Assembly: GCA_025201805.1 (NCBI GenBank)
Contig: MU619322.1
Span: forward strand, 1-64,000
Direction: 5' to 3'
Source: Parasitella parasitica NRRL 2501
Taxonomy: Eukaryota > Fungi > Mucoromycota
Length of the DNA stretch: 64,000 nucleotides
The position numbers and the translations under genes are program-made. This document shows, one piece after another, positions 26,517 through 38,305 of this stretch. Every line of letters starts with the position of its first letter. The stretch's first letter is position 1. The notes beneath the pieces are model-generated. The model was not told the origin of the DNA. It made no database searches and saw only the letters and a program-made list of their open reading frames with translations.

Positions 26517-27910
26517 ATGTCTCAATCCAAAATGCAAGTTGTCTATTGTGAAGATGGGCTTTTACATAATCCTCCAATTGAAATGACTCTTGGTCAAATC
26601 AAGCCGTATGTTGGTACGTGTGTGCATGGATCTCAAAAGTCACTATATTAATTGCTGGTAATACGTCCATGTTTTAGAATCTCCCAAAAGGTTAATCAGC
26701 ATCAAAAAATTTATCGATGAGCGCCCAGAGTTTGAAATAGTAGAGCCCAATGATTACTCATTGGGCCCCATTTTAGATGTGCATCGCAAGGATTATGTCG
26801 ATTTTTTGAGAACCATTTATCCAGAATGGGTCGATTCGGGCCTCCCAAAAGACATTTGCATTGGGGACACCTTTGCTCAGCGTTCCTTTGTCGGTAAGCT
26901 CGACGATGAAATCATCAGGAAGAACGCCAGTGGTAGCTGCGGTGGGAAAATGGGCTATTATGTAGGCGATGTATCCACTCCATTCGTTCAAAGTAAGTAG
27001 CTCTATGATACATTTTTATAGCCCCTGGATCCTAATTTACGCACTTGGAAGATACATGGCGCGCTGCATATTCGTCTGTCCAGGTGGTTTTATCTGCAGC
27101 TCATCGTTTGACTGAAGCCGTCGAAACTAGACAATCACCCAACCATAATGAAGCTATTTATGCCTTATGTAGACCTCCTGGTCATCATGCCTCAGATCAT
27201 ATGGCTGCTGGCTACTGCTTTATCAACAATGCATCTGTTGCTGCTCGTTTCTTGCAAAATTACACCTTGCAAGATATGAATAAGGCTAAAAAACCATATG
27301 AATTTGATTTAGAAGCCGTCTGCAATGGACAATTCAGTAAAGGTACAAGTGAAGATAAAAAGAAAGTCTTGATAGTCGATATCGACTATCATCAGTAAGT
27401 GGAAAAAAGAAGACTTACTGAAGGCCATCTTACTTATTGTTCGCCTTCTATAGTGGAAATGGCACACAAGATATTTTTTACGATGACCCCTCTGTATTCT
27501 ACATCTCGCTTCACGGTGTTCCTGATTACCCTTTCTTTACAGGATCTGCCGAGGAAACAGGCCAAGGCGCTGGAAAAGGTTACAACGTCAATATTCCTCT
27601 TGATCCTGCAACTACCACTGACAGTATTTATCTCGAGAATCTTGAACGTGTATTGAATAATCAAAGTGTTGCTGATTTTGATGCCAATGTTGTGATTGTA
27701 TCTATGGGCTTGGACACATGGTTTGAAGATCCTATTGCTGGCATGCAGGGACTTAAAGATATGGACACGTACAAGAAGATGGGATCATTGATCAAAACCT
27801 GCACCGGTACAAAGCATCGCCCTGTTTTGTTTGTACAAGAGGGAGGATATACAGTGGAGAAATTGGGAGATTTAGCTGGCAGTGTTTTGCAAGGTTTCCT
27901 TAAACAGTAA
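26517..27910 (+). CDS. Zn-dependent HDAC-family deacetylase, acetylpolyamine amidohydrolase (APAH)-like (4 exons)
   Basis: MQVVY..LHNPPIE..PYVE|SPKR, VHRKDYVDFL, ALCRPPGHHA..GYCFINN, VDIDYHH|GNGTQDIFY, SLHG, EETGQGAGKGYNVNIPL, SMGLDT..DPI, QEGGY. Confidence 0.85.
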
Positions 27911-28484
27911 AATATGGCATTGATAGAATAAATACTTTATTAAAAACTATATAAAGGCATTGCTTTTATATAAATACATAACTATCATGATGATTCACTG
28001 TTTAATCTCATAGAAAATAAGCCAAAAGACAAATCCTAGCTTTGTAAAACCTTGAACCGTAGCATTTAAAAAGTCTGCCATCAAAAAAGTTTTTGGCCAA
28101 GATTAATAAATTTTTGCACAGGATTACGTCTATCATAGCATAAATATCTTGTCGTTATCTAGATATATAAAATCTATTGCAGTATTACAAGAAGAAGATA
28201 GGAATTGCTTATTGTTGTGCACTCAAATGGCAGTAAGAGGAGGTTACTTGAGCATTGTGGAAATGACCCTATATATCTTGGTGTAAAAGCTAACTACTTT
28301 TTTTAACCAATATCAAGTTGCGGCTGATTCGTCAAAGTTGCCTAAAGTTCATCCGGAAAAAATTACCTGCGGACAAACCATCATTTCCCCGCATTCACAT
28401 AAGGATTACTAACGGTTTTCCCACTGTAGACATCTTTTATAATGAACTTCTTTAGCCTGGAAAAAAAAAAAAGAAAGAAGGGCT

Positions 28485-28492
28485 TATAAAAG
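28485..28492 (+). promoter_or_regulatory. TATA box of the 4CL-like gene
   Basis: TATAAAAG about 70 nt upstream of the ATG, followed by a CT-rich tract. Confidence 0.5.
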
Positions 28493-28558
28493 CGTCGCTG
28501 AATTTCTCGATTCATTACAAGACCCTTCTTTTCTTCTTCCCTAAATTTCTTTAACAAA

Positions 28559-30448
28559 ATGGTAATCTACAAAGCTACCGTACCATCGGTTCCCGTTCCC
28601 AACATCGATCTCTACTCATTCATGTTCAACTCCAATGAGTTCAATCAAACCAAAGATTTAAACAGACCTGTTACTATCGATGGAGAAACCGGCAGATCAC
28701 TTACCTGGAATCAAATCCGTGAAAGAGCAAGCTGCATGGCTACCGGATGGACTGAGAATGTTGGGTTAAAGAAGGGAGAAACCGTCGCTGTCTTTGCTCC
28801 TAACCAATATGACCATGTCATCCTCTATCTCTCACTTCTTGGTGCCAAATGCACCATTTCTCCTGGTAATCCTGCTTATACTGAAGGTAAGATTACAGCA
28901 CAGAATACAAAACACTTGGTTCGCTAATCAACGTCCACTATTTAAGCCGAATTCGAGCACCAAATCACTAACTGTCAAGCCAGCGCCCTCGTTACTGTTC
29001 CTGCATTGTTGCCAGTCTTGCTAAAAATCACAGATAAAATCGGCCTTCCCCGTAGCCGCATCTTTTTGTTTGGCGATAAACAAGTCGAAGGATGTCGTCC
29101 TTACTCTTCCTTGAGCGGTAATAAGCCTACCATTACCCCTCTCCAGGGCCTGGATGGTGCTAATGATACAGCATTTATTTGCTATTCTAGTGGGACCACA
29201 GGCCTCGCAAAGGGTGTCATGTTGACGCACAAGAATTTTATTGCACAAGTGGTCCAAACAATCAATGCTGAACCGGAGGAAGACTATCTTAACGATGATG
29301 TTATCCTTGGGTTCCTTCCGTTCTATCATATTTATGGCTTGACAAGTCTTGTGTTGAATGCCTTCTACAAGGTTGTTCCTGTGGTGATTATGGCAAGATT
29401 TGATTTGGAGTTATTGTGCCAGTTGGTTGAAAAGTACAAGGTTACGCTCGCAAGTATTGTCCCTCCCGTTGGTAAGGATTTGTTGGTATATAATCCAGAA
29501 ATTGGGATATACTAACCTGTCTTCTCTCTACAGCTGTTCTCCTTGCCAAGGCTCCTGTCGTTGCCAAGTATGACTTGACAACTATTCGTCTTTTGGGCTG
29601 TGGTGCTGCTCCTTTGAGCAGAGAACACATCGAGGCTCTTGCCAAGCGTATTCCTGCTCAATTAAAACAGGGGTAAGTCATGCATTCATGTTTGTAAGGT
29701 CAGGAACGTTCTAACAATGAATTATAGTTACGGTATGACAGAAACCACCTCTGGTGTAATTTCTCAGAGTCTTGAAGGTGGCGTTCCAGGTAAGGAAATT
29801 GCCCTGAGAAAAGGCCTTGGGCTTTAGGTAATGACAATTCTCACGCATATATTGCTAGGCTCCATTGGTATTTTGAGTGCAAACATGGAGTGTAAGATTG
29901 TGAACGAGCACGGCCAAGAATTGGGTGATGATCAAGAGGGTGAATTCTTGTTCCGTGGCCCTAGTATTATGAAGGGTTACTACAACAACCCCAAGGCCAA
30001 TGCTGAAACCTTTACTGAAGATGGCTGGATGCGCACAGGTGATGTTGGTAAATACGACTCCAAGACTGGCGAGTTCTTCATTTTGGACCGTATTAAGGAA
30101 CTCATCAAGTATAAGGGCTACCAAGTTGCCCCTGCCGAATTGGAAGCCATTCTCATGGGCCTTGATGTCATTGCTGATTGTTGTGTTGTTGGTTTATATG
30201 ATGATTCTCAAGCTACTGAAATTCCTCGTGCATATATTGTTTTGCAACCCAACGTTGAAAAGAGTGATAAAACCGCTAAAGTTATTGCTGATTATGTGGC
30301 ATCCAACGTTACTAACTACAAGAAGCTTCGTGGTGGCGTCAAGTTCGTCGACGTTATTCCCAAGAGTCCTAGTGGAAAAATTCTTAGACGTCAAGTTAAG
30401 GATTGGGTGAAGAATGAGCAAAAGGAAATAGCTAAAGCTCGTTTGTAA
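28559..30448 (+). CDS. 4-coumarate-CoA ligase-like acyl-CoA synthetase, peroxisomal (PTS1 -ARL) (5 exons)
   Basis: AMP-binding YSSGTTGLAKGV, LPFYHIYG, G.YGMTE, MRTGDVG, DRIKELIKYKGYQVAPAELE, PKSPSGKILRR; ends AKARL*. Confidence 0.92.
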
Positions 30449-31339
30449 TATATTCTCTATCATTATAAATAAATTGTAATATTAGCATTCTAAACAGAAC
30501 CTTTAAGCATTAGGATGTACGTGTGTGTGTGTTTTTGAGTACTTGTAACACCAATCATTTCAATTCACTTGATGGTCTCTGTAAATTAGGTAATACTTCT
30601 AGATTTTTACGACAAAGATAACCCGTAACTAGCCGTTTTATTATTTAAACATCCAACAATAACTCATAAAACGACACGATAAAAGGCTTATTTCATCTAA
30701 GTTTTACTATTATTGTTAAATTCTGATGGGTCTTTGCTTAAAGACAAATAAAAAAAAAAACCCAGAAACAGCAACACTGATCGTAACGTGAGGCATAGCA
30801 CTAAGGAAGTCAAGAAGGAAAATCTAACGCACAAAATAAATATAGCAATTAACAGTGCTTTTTATCAATGGTTTACTTTCCACTTTAATTATTCCACATA
30901 CTCCTCATAAATTTATCTTACAGCAGTACATCAAATAAGCGAGTAAGTGTTAATGATTATACTCGAATTTGTCTTGTATATACAAGTGCATTGTAAATTC
31001 AGCAAGTTTCTTTATTTTACCTAGACATTTGAACAGGTCGTCAGCAAGACCACGCCAACTATTGCATAAGTCACCAAGAGTTGCAGGTCTCTATCCCAAT
31101 CCTGGAGGGGCTGGCTTAAATCTCTACGAACCAAGAACCAAGATGGCTGGATCCTCTTGGAATTTTATTAGGCTTAACGATATGATGAGGAAGTGAAGAA
31201 GTGTACCACATCAATGCTGCAGGGACTAGCAATGTTCTTTCATTTTCCGAACTGGAGGAGTAGATGCCAGGCAAGTTGCAATTACCCTTGCCTCTTTTTT
31301 TATTTTCACATACTTTATCCTGTCAAAAAGCCCAAAGCA

Positions 31340-31940
31340 ATGTCAGCCCCTAAAAGAGAACTTACGCCTTCCATTTGTTTCAACTTTTCGTTCTTTAAAG
31401 GTAAAGTAGCAATCATCTTTTAGCGATTGTTCAATGACATTTAACAAATGCAGATTTCATGAAGGAATTCCGTAAAGTAGACGATAACATTATCAACAGA
31501 CTCAACTCCACCTCGACACAATCTGAAGGCGTGTGTGGAGAATTCTTCAAACAGATGTCTGAAGCTTATGCACAACGTGATCAAGCTATTGATTACTGCC
31601 TCAAGGTATGACATGTACTAGGGAGTTTTACGTGCGTGTGTCTGTGTCTAACAAAGCCCTATTAAAACAGTTGATGGATGAGGAACTCGATAAAAAGAAT
31701 AAGAAATTGCAGGAGGATCCTGATGATTTCGATGTCAAAAATAGTATTTTCACCCAAGAATCGATGGTAAGTGTCGCAAGTGAATTAAAATTGCTGATTT
31801 GTGATGGTTTATACCTTTATCCTTAGCGCCAATCCGTCTCCAACGAAAGATATGTGGAAGAAATCATTAGAGAACGTACCTTGCAGGTATTCAAGAACAA
31901 ATGTAGAGCTTTCGATGTTTCTTCATTGGAAAAGCAATAA
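31340..31940 (+). CDS. MIX23: Mix23/CCDC58 (Cid2) mitochondrial intermembrane-space protein (4 exons)
   Basis: Spliced: ICFNFSFFK|DFMKEFRKVDDNIINRLN..C..RDQAIDYCLK|..|VSNERYVEEIIRERTLQVFKNKC. Absent as a whole from the ORF track. Confidence 0.82.
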
Positions 31941-32083
31941 TAAAAACAAATGTATAATATTATATATAAACAGCAGATATTTAATTGATTTTTAGAAATG
32001 TTTTCTCTTTTTTTGATAATAAAGGTTAAATTAGAGCTTGGGGAAAGGAGAACAAAAGAGTGCTTTGCTAGCAGTTAGAAGCT

Positions 32084-33916
32084 TTAATAGAAACCCTTGG
32101 CATGGTTATCACAGACTTCACGGAGCTTGGTCTCGAGATCCTTGGAGATGACACCTTTAGAACGGATTTCTTCAAGGACATCGCTGTGTTGGGTGGCAAC
32201 GTGGCTAATGAAATCCTTCTCCCAGTCGACAACCTTGTTGACAGGGATCTTGTCAAGGTAACCGTTGACACCAGCAAAGATGATAGGAACTTGAGCTTGG
32301 ATAGACAAAGGAGAATATTGAGGTTGCTTCAACAATTCAGTGAGACGGGCACCACGGTTCAACAAGAATTGGGTGGAGGCATCCAAATCAGAACCGAATT
32401 GAGCAAAGGCGGCAACTTCACGATATTGGGCCAAGAAAAGCTTCATGGAACCGGCAACTTGCTTCATGGCCTTGGTTTGGGCAGCGGAACCAACACGAGA
32501 GACGGAGAGACCAACGTTAATGGCAGGACGGATACCCTTGAAGAAAAGTTCGGCTTCCAAGAAAATTTGACCATCAGTGATGGAGATAACGTTGGTAGGA
32601 ATATAAGCAGAGACATCACCACCTTGGGTTTCAATGATGGGAAGAGCGGTCATGGAACCATAACCAAAGTTCTTGTTCATCTTGGCAGCACGCTCCAAAA
32701 GACGAGAGTGGAGGTAGAAGACATCACCAGGATAAGCTTCACGGCCAGGAGGACGACGAAGCAAAAGAGACATTTGACGGTAAGCAACAGCTTGCTTGGA
32801 CAAATCGTCATAGATGATTAAAGAATGACGACCGTTATCACGGAACCATTCGCCAAAAGCAGCACCAGAGAAAGGTGCAAGATATTGAAGAGGAGCAGCC
32901 TCAGAGGCAGTGGCAGCAACGACAATAGTATACTTCATGGCATCTAATCGAGACGATGTTAGTTCTGACGTCAATAACAATAAATCAAACAAAATCCTCA
33001 CCATTCTCTTCGAGAGTTCTGACAAGTTGGGCAACAGTAGAGCGCTTTTGGCCGACAGCAACGTAGATACAGTACAACTTCTTGGCCTCATCGGATCCGT
33101 TGTTCCAGTTCTTTTGGTTCAAGATGGTATCGAGAGCTACGGCGGTCTTACCAGTTTGACGATCACCGATAATCAACTCACGCTGACCACGGCCGATAGG
33201 GACCATCGAATCAACAGACTTGATACCGGTTTGCATAGGCTCGTTGACAGAGTGACGAGGCAAAATACCAGGAGCCTTGACTTGGACACGAGAACGGCCA
33301 ACAGTGTCAAGAGGGCCCTTGCCATCGATAGGGTTACCAAGAGCATCGACAACACGACCAAGAATGCCAGGACCAATGGGGACATCAACAATGGCACCAG
33401 TACGCTTGACAGTATCGCCTTCCTTGATCAAGCGATCATTACCGAAAACGACAATACCGACGTTGTCAGCTTCCAAGTTAAGGGCCATACCCTAATTCAC
33501 GATGGAATCGTCAATCTTTAATTGCCTCTTACGGGTTTCTCTCTCTTAAAACAAACCAATTACCTTGAGACCACTGGAAAATTCAACCATCTCTTCAGCT
33601 TGACAGTTCTTCAAACCGTAAACACGTGCAATACCATCACCAATAGACAAGACACGGCCAGTCTCTTGGAGGTCAACCTCAGAGTTGGCGCCGAGGATGC
33701 GTTGCTCGAGAATAGAGGAGACTTCAGAGGTTGAGGGCTTGGCAGAAGCATAGGTTCTCAAAGCTACAGAAGCAGCACCGAGGTTAAGGCGCTGTAAAAA
33801 GTACATGAGATATGTTAGTGGCGATTTCTGACATTAATCAAAGGCCTTACAGCAGGGGTGGATCTGGCAAAAGCAGCTAAAGTAGGACGTGCAAGACGAG
33901 TAGCGTTTCTCAACAT
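32084..33916 (-). CDS. ATP1: Mitochondrial F1 ATP synthase alpha subunit (4 exons)
   Basis: Presequence [11 protein letters not shown]; [17 protein letters not shown]; Walker A GDRQTGKT; [24 protein letters not shown]; strong codon bias. Confidence 0.98.
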
Positions 33917-35276
33917 TTTGTTTCCTGTTAATGATAAACTAGGGGAGAGGGGTTGAAAATATAAAGAAGAAAATAAATCAAAACAAAACTGAAAACTGGG
34001 GGAAGGGTGCGTATTATGAATTGAGTAAAGTGATGGGGGGCGTGGCCAATTGAGGCTGCCCTCCTTTAACTCAACACACTTGATGTGACTGAGGAAGATT
34101 ACCATCAGCCCATCAAATGTCATCTTGATTTGGTTCTTCCACAGTAGGAACACACATAGAACGACTTTAATTCAAAACAGATTCACCGGATACTTGCTCT
34201 ATTGACAGTTAGAAGGGTATTTGTATTCTGATAGCTGTTCTTTTCACCTTGATCAAACGGTGGCGTATAGATCGACATTCCTTGCGAAAAAAATTCCTCT
34301 CATTTCGAAAGTCAAATTAAAGAGCATCAATGCTCGGTCCAAGAGTTGACGTTCAAGTTGAGCGATTCGGATCAATTACAAGAGTCAACCTTCATTGTAC
34401 ATTTGGAGAGGCATCTACTGTATACTATATCGTGTAGTCGTTTTCGGATAAAATTAGTCAATATAAAATTGTACTATTTTTGCTGTTCAGCACTAATCCG
34501 AATGCAAAATAAACGCTGAACTATTATCACAGTGTCAAAGTTATAAAATAGCATAATAGTATCATGAAAATTGAGAAAGCCAAACTCTAGGCCTGAATGT
34601 TATGTAGTATTTGGATGCATGTAAATTAATGTTATGTTACTCATGACCCTCTCCATGAAGATGAGTTGCATTTAGCGTGGATTGTAAGTGGTGCAAACAC
34701 TGCGCAACATTTATTAGAATAAAATTGCTTGGCAATCAACTCATTTTATACAGTGGATTTTATTTGATTATTCAACTAGATTGACGCTGCTTTTTAGACC
34801 ATTATACATCCACCTTCCTTTTGCTTTCTATGTGTAACTTGATGTTTTGCATTTGGCAGGATGATTTGATCGTCGTCCCAGTGGAGTTCATTACCAAACG
34901 TAATACAAACACAAGGTAATTGAATGAAAAGATATGTTGGAAGGATCCGTTCATTTCCGCAATAACAATTATTCAAAACGGCCATTTCTTGTAGCGTGCG
35001 AGAGAATATTACTCGATTCCTTGAAGTACTCGATACGCTTTTATTTACTTGATGCCATCAAATATACATAAATTTGTTGGTTCGCACAATTATTAATGCA
35101 ATGAATTATTTATTTGAACCCTCTGTTAAAAGCGTCCTTTGCATTATGTAACTTGATTAGGAAACAGGAATTGTTTATCAACCTGGATATTTTTGCTCTC
35201 CTCCTTAGGGTTCCTTTTCTTCTTGTTCTTTTTTTCCTCCTCAATCAATTTTAACAGCAAGCAATCACAAAATAAG

Positions 35277-36703
35277 ATGATGTCTCTTTCGTCATCTAAC
35301 ATAGTGAGAAAAGATACTTCTTCCAGTATCAAATATGTCTACACTACAGCGATTTTGATCTGCATTATTCTCTGGATCACAGTTTACAAAGCCTCCCCTG
35401 TGAACCCACCAATCAAAAATATAGTTATTCCTGAAATACAGCAGCAAGATTCCAGTGCGGATATGTCTCTCAACGACACTAAAGAAATATGCACATCAGC
35501 GACATTCAATCATGGAAAATGGGTACACGACCCATTTCAAATAAAAGAACCTTTCACAGAAGTCGATATTGCTAGAATTGCAGGCTATCACTGTTTCAAA
35601 AAGTTTGCCCACCGATGTTTTCGACGGGGTGGTGATGAATTATTACGAGCCAAAAAAATGTAAGAATGGATCGTAGTAATTACTCTAATAACTAGGATAT
35701 TGACAGCGCTTTCCTTCCATGTGAATATAGAATGGATTATAGATGGCAACCGAATAATTGCAAATTACTAGAAATGGACACAAAGAAATTAGCAGATCAT
35801 TTTGTAGATCATCCTATTCTATTTGTGGGGGATTCTATTACGCAACTACAATTCGAGAGTTTAGGATGCCTGTTGGGAGAACATCTTCCTAATCGACATC
35901 CAGCAAATTCAAATTTAAACGGTGGAAATTCAAAGATTCATGTAGATGCGAAGGCACCAGAACACAAGGATACAGCAGCAATGGCTTATATTCGATCTGA
36001 TTATCTGCTTCGATTAGACGACTATAAAATGATTAGCCCTTTTGAATCGGTTGGGACTCAACTAGGTCGTGGTGAGAACCATCCTTGGTAATAAATGTAC
36101 ATGTCATTTAAACATGCTCTTTCATTAACGTTTGGGTTCATTTTTTAGGGTCCATGCTTTGTCACAATTTAACTATATAATTATCAACACAGTATGTAAT
36201 CTTCACAAGAGTTATGTACTTTTTTATCTCAATCTTACACATAATTTTCTGTTACATAGGGGCCCCACTGGCATCCTGATCTTTTTTGGGGCTCCAACCA
36301 AAGCGAGCAAGAATTACTGGATGCATTTAGAAAAGCCATGGAATCTGTATTGTTTTATTTAGATCAGCATGTCAAGCCACACCAAAAAGTATGGGTCCGA
36401 ACTACACCCTATGGACATGCTAGATGTTCACAATACAAAGAACCTCAGGAAAACCCCTTGGCGCCTACTGGAAACACAGGCGAATATGAATGGCATCTAT
36501 TCCAAGAGTTTGATGCTGTCTGGAAAGATCTACTAAGAAAACAAGATGATCGATTTGCTTTGTTTGATATTTTTGGCATGTCAAATATGAGAGGCGACGC
36601 TCATTCGAAACCTGATAGAGATTGCTTACATACCTGTATACCTGGACCTATTGATGAGTGGAATAGATTACTATATAATGAAATAATGAGGCAAATAAAG
36701 TAA
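35277..36703 (+). CDS. TBL/PMR5-type PC-esterase (SGNH) putative polysaccharide O-acetyltransferase, type II membrane protein (4 exons)
   Basis: N-terminal TM helix; C..FNHGKWV; YRWQPNNCKL; ILFVGDS (GDS 35828-35836); NT|GPHW; RGDAH; DCLHTCIPGPIDEWN (DxxH 36620-36631). Confidence 0.85.
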
Positions 36704-37194
36704 TAAGCCAAGAAAAAAGAATAGTAAAGAGCTGAAGAGAGGGGCTACAGTTTATTGATGCTTTGAATACTAATCGAAGTGAAAACGCAAACTAAACGAA
36801 AATAAACTGTAGCTGCGTTTTTTTTATGTTATACTTCATATTTACTTGCCATGTGCTGGCCTGCACCGATTTGTGCAGCTTTCCGAACTTTCATCACCAA
36901 TTTATAGGTTTTCTGACATAATAATAAAAACCAAATAGCGTCGTAATCCTTGCGTTCCAACCAAAATTCATAAATAGAGATTGCAGTATAAATAGCTTGT
37001 TGAGAAACCAGGAGACCAAATAGTTTTTGGTTATTTCTTATCTAAAAACCAATGTTCGATGATTTAATATCATTACTGAGTTGCTCATTCTATATTTTCC
37101 CTGGACATCAATAACATCAGCTTTTTCTCACATTTCTCTGTTTCGCTATATAATTTTGATACATTATTTGCCTAATACCAGCACAATCCGTGTT

Positions 37195-37252
37195 ATCTTC
37201 TGAGCATAATTTGGGTTCCACTCGGCAATGTCTCTGTGCAAAAACAGTTTCA
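37195..37252 (-). repeat. Dispersed inverted copy of the ~310-bp repeat family
   Basis: Minus strand AAACTGTTTTTGCA..AGAGACATTGCC..GTGG..TTATGCTCA matches 54867-54929. Confidence 0.65.
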
Positions 37253-38305
37253 CGATTTTGGGTGTCGAAGAGTGAAATGCAAAATTACTTGCTTTATTTC
37301 CTTTTTTGAAGTTCCCAAGACATGGTATATCTTTTGATGAAGCGAGTAATGTAAATTATTATACTTTTGAAGCGGAAGTTATAGACTGCAAATCATTATT
37401 ACTAATAATTTTACTGACTGATAAGAATTTGACTCTTTATACATAATTAATCTTTTTTGAATCAATCTTTGAATACGATCAGATCATGTTTGGCGTTTAT
37501 TGTCAAAGAATATTAAACACAGTGGAAGTCAGAGCAAGATCTACTAATATTTAAGCAGCTAACCATTATGAGTGTGAATCATTCATCGATAGGTTTAGCT
37601 TCGTAATCTAGAATAAGTAGAACTCATATCGAAGGTTTCTTATACAGGACATTAGGATTACTGTTGACATTTAACTTTAAATGCAATCCAGAATGTAGAC
37701 AAAAAATGGTAACCGTTGAATTCCATGGATACAACAAATAGCTGCTATTAATTATATTATGCTGTTGTTCCTGCGAGATGCAGAAGGACATTTGATAGGA
37801 ACTTATAGCAAGAACTGTAATATGAATCCATCAAATCTTGCCAATATGATTTACCGTAAATTCAATTTTATATAAACCTGGTTTTCACTGCTTTAAAAAA
37901 GTAGTATATGCATTGTTCAATGTTATTTCTCTTTTGTTCGTTATCGTTGGTGTTGATCAGTAACAATCTAGTCTTGGCGCATTTATTTTCATTAGTCGAT
38001 TTTAGCTGCTCATAATGAAAAGAAATCAACTACGTCAAACAATATGCCTGGTATAATTTAAATTGGAAGTTACTCAAAAATACATTAGAAAGATTGATAT
38101 TCATGTAAAATGTAAAGGGTCATTTTCAAACAAATAAACAAGATTGAGTAAAGATGTGGCCATGCTGTGCAACATGGCAACAGTAGTAACACTATTTGAG
38201 ACATGTGGAGATGGTCACATCAATTGCAGAATATTTCAGGAATATGGTATAAAAGTTTCTTTTTCGCTGTATTATTACAACTTCTTTTTCTTTGTTTCTT
38301 TAGTG

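Noticed and set aside
28559-30448. 4CL-like ligase as luciferase or part of a secondary-metabolite cluster
   Set aside because: A common peroxisomal family in fungi; no PKS, NRPS or tailoring genes nearby.
30969-31280. Moderately GC-rich stretch with short ORFs upstream of MIX23
   Set aside because: Might be a decayed gene or TE fragment, but no frame gives a motif I can support.
32102-33734. Long plus-strand ORFs (239, 203 and 70 aa) antisense to ATP1
   Set aside because: Shadow ORFs expected from the strong codon bias of a highly expressed gene; no recognisable motifs.
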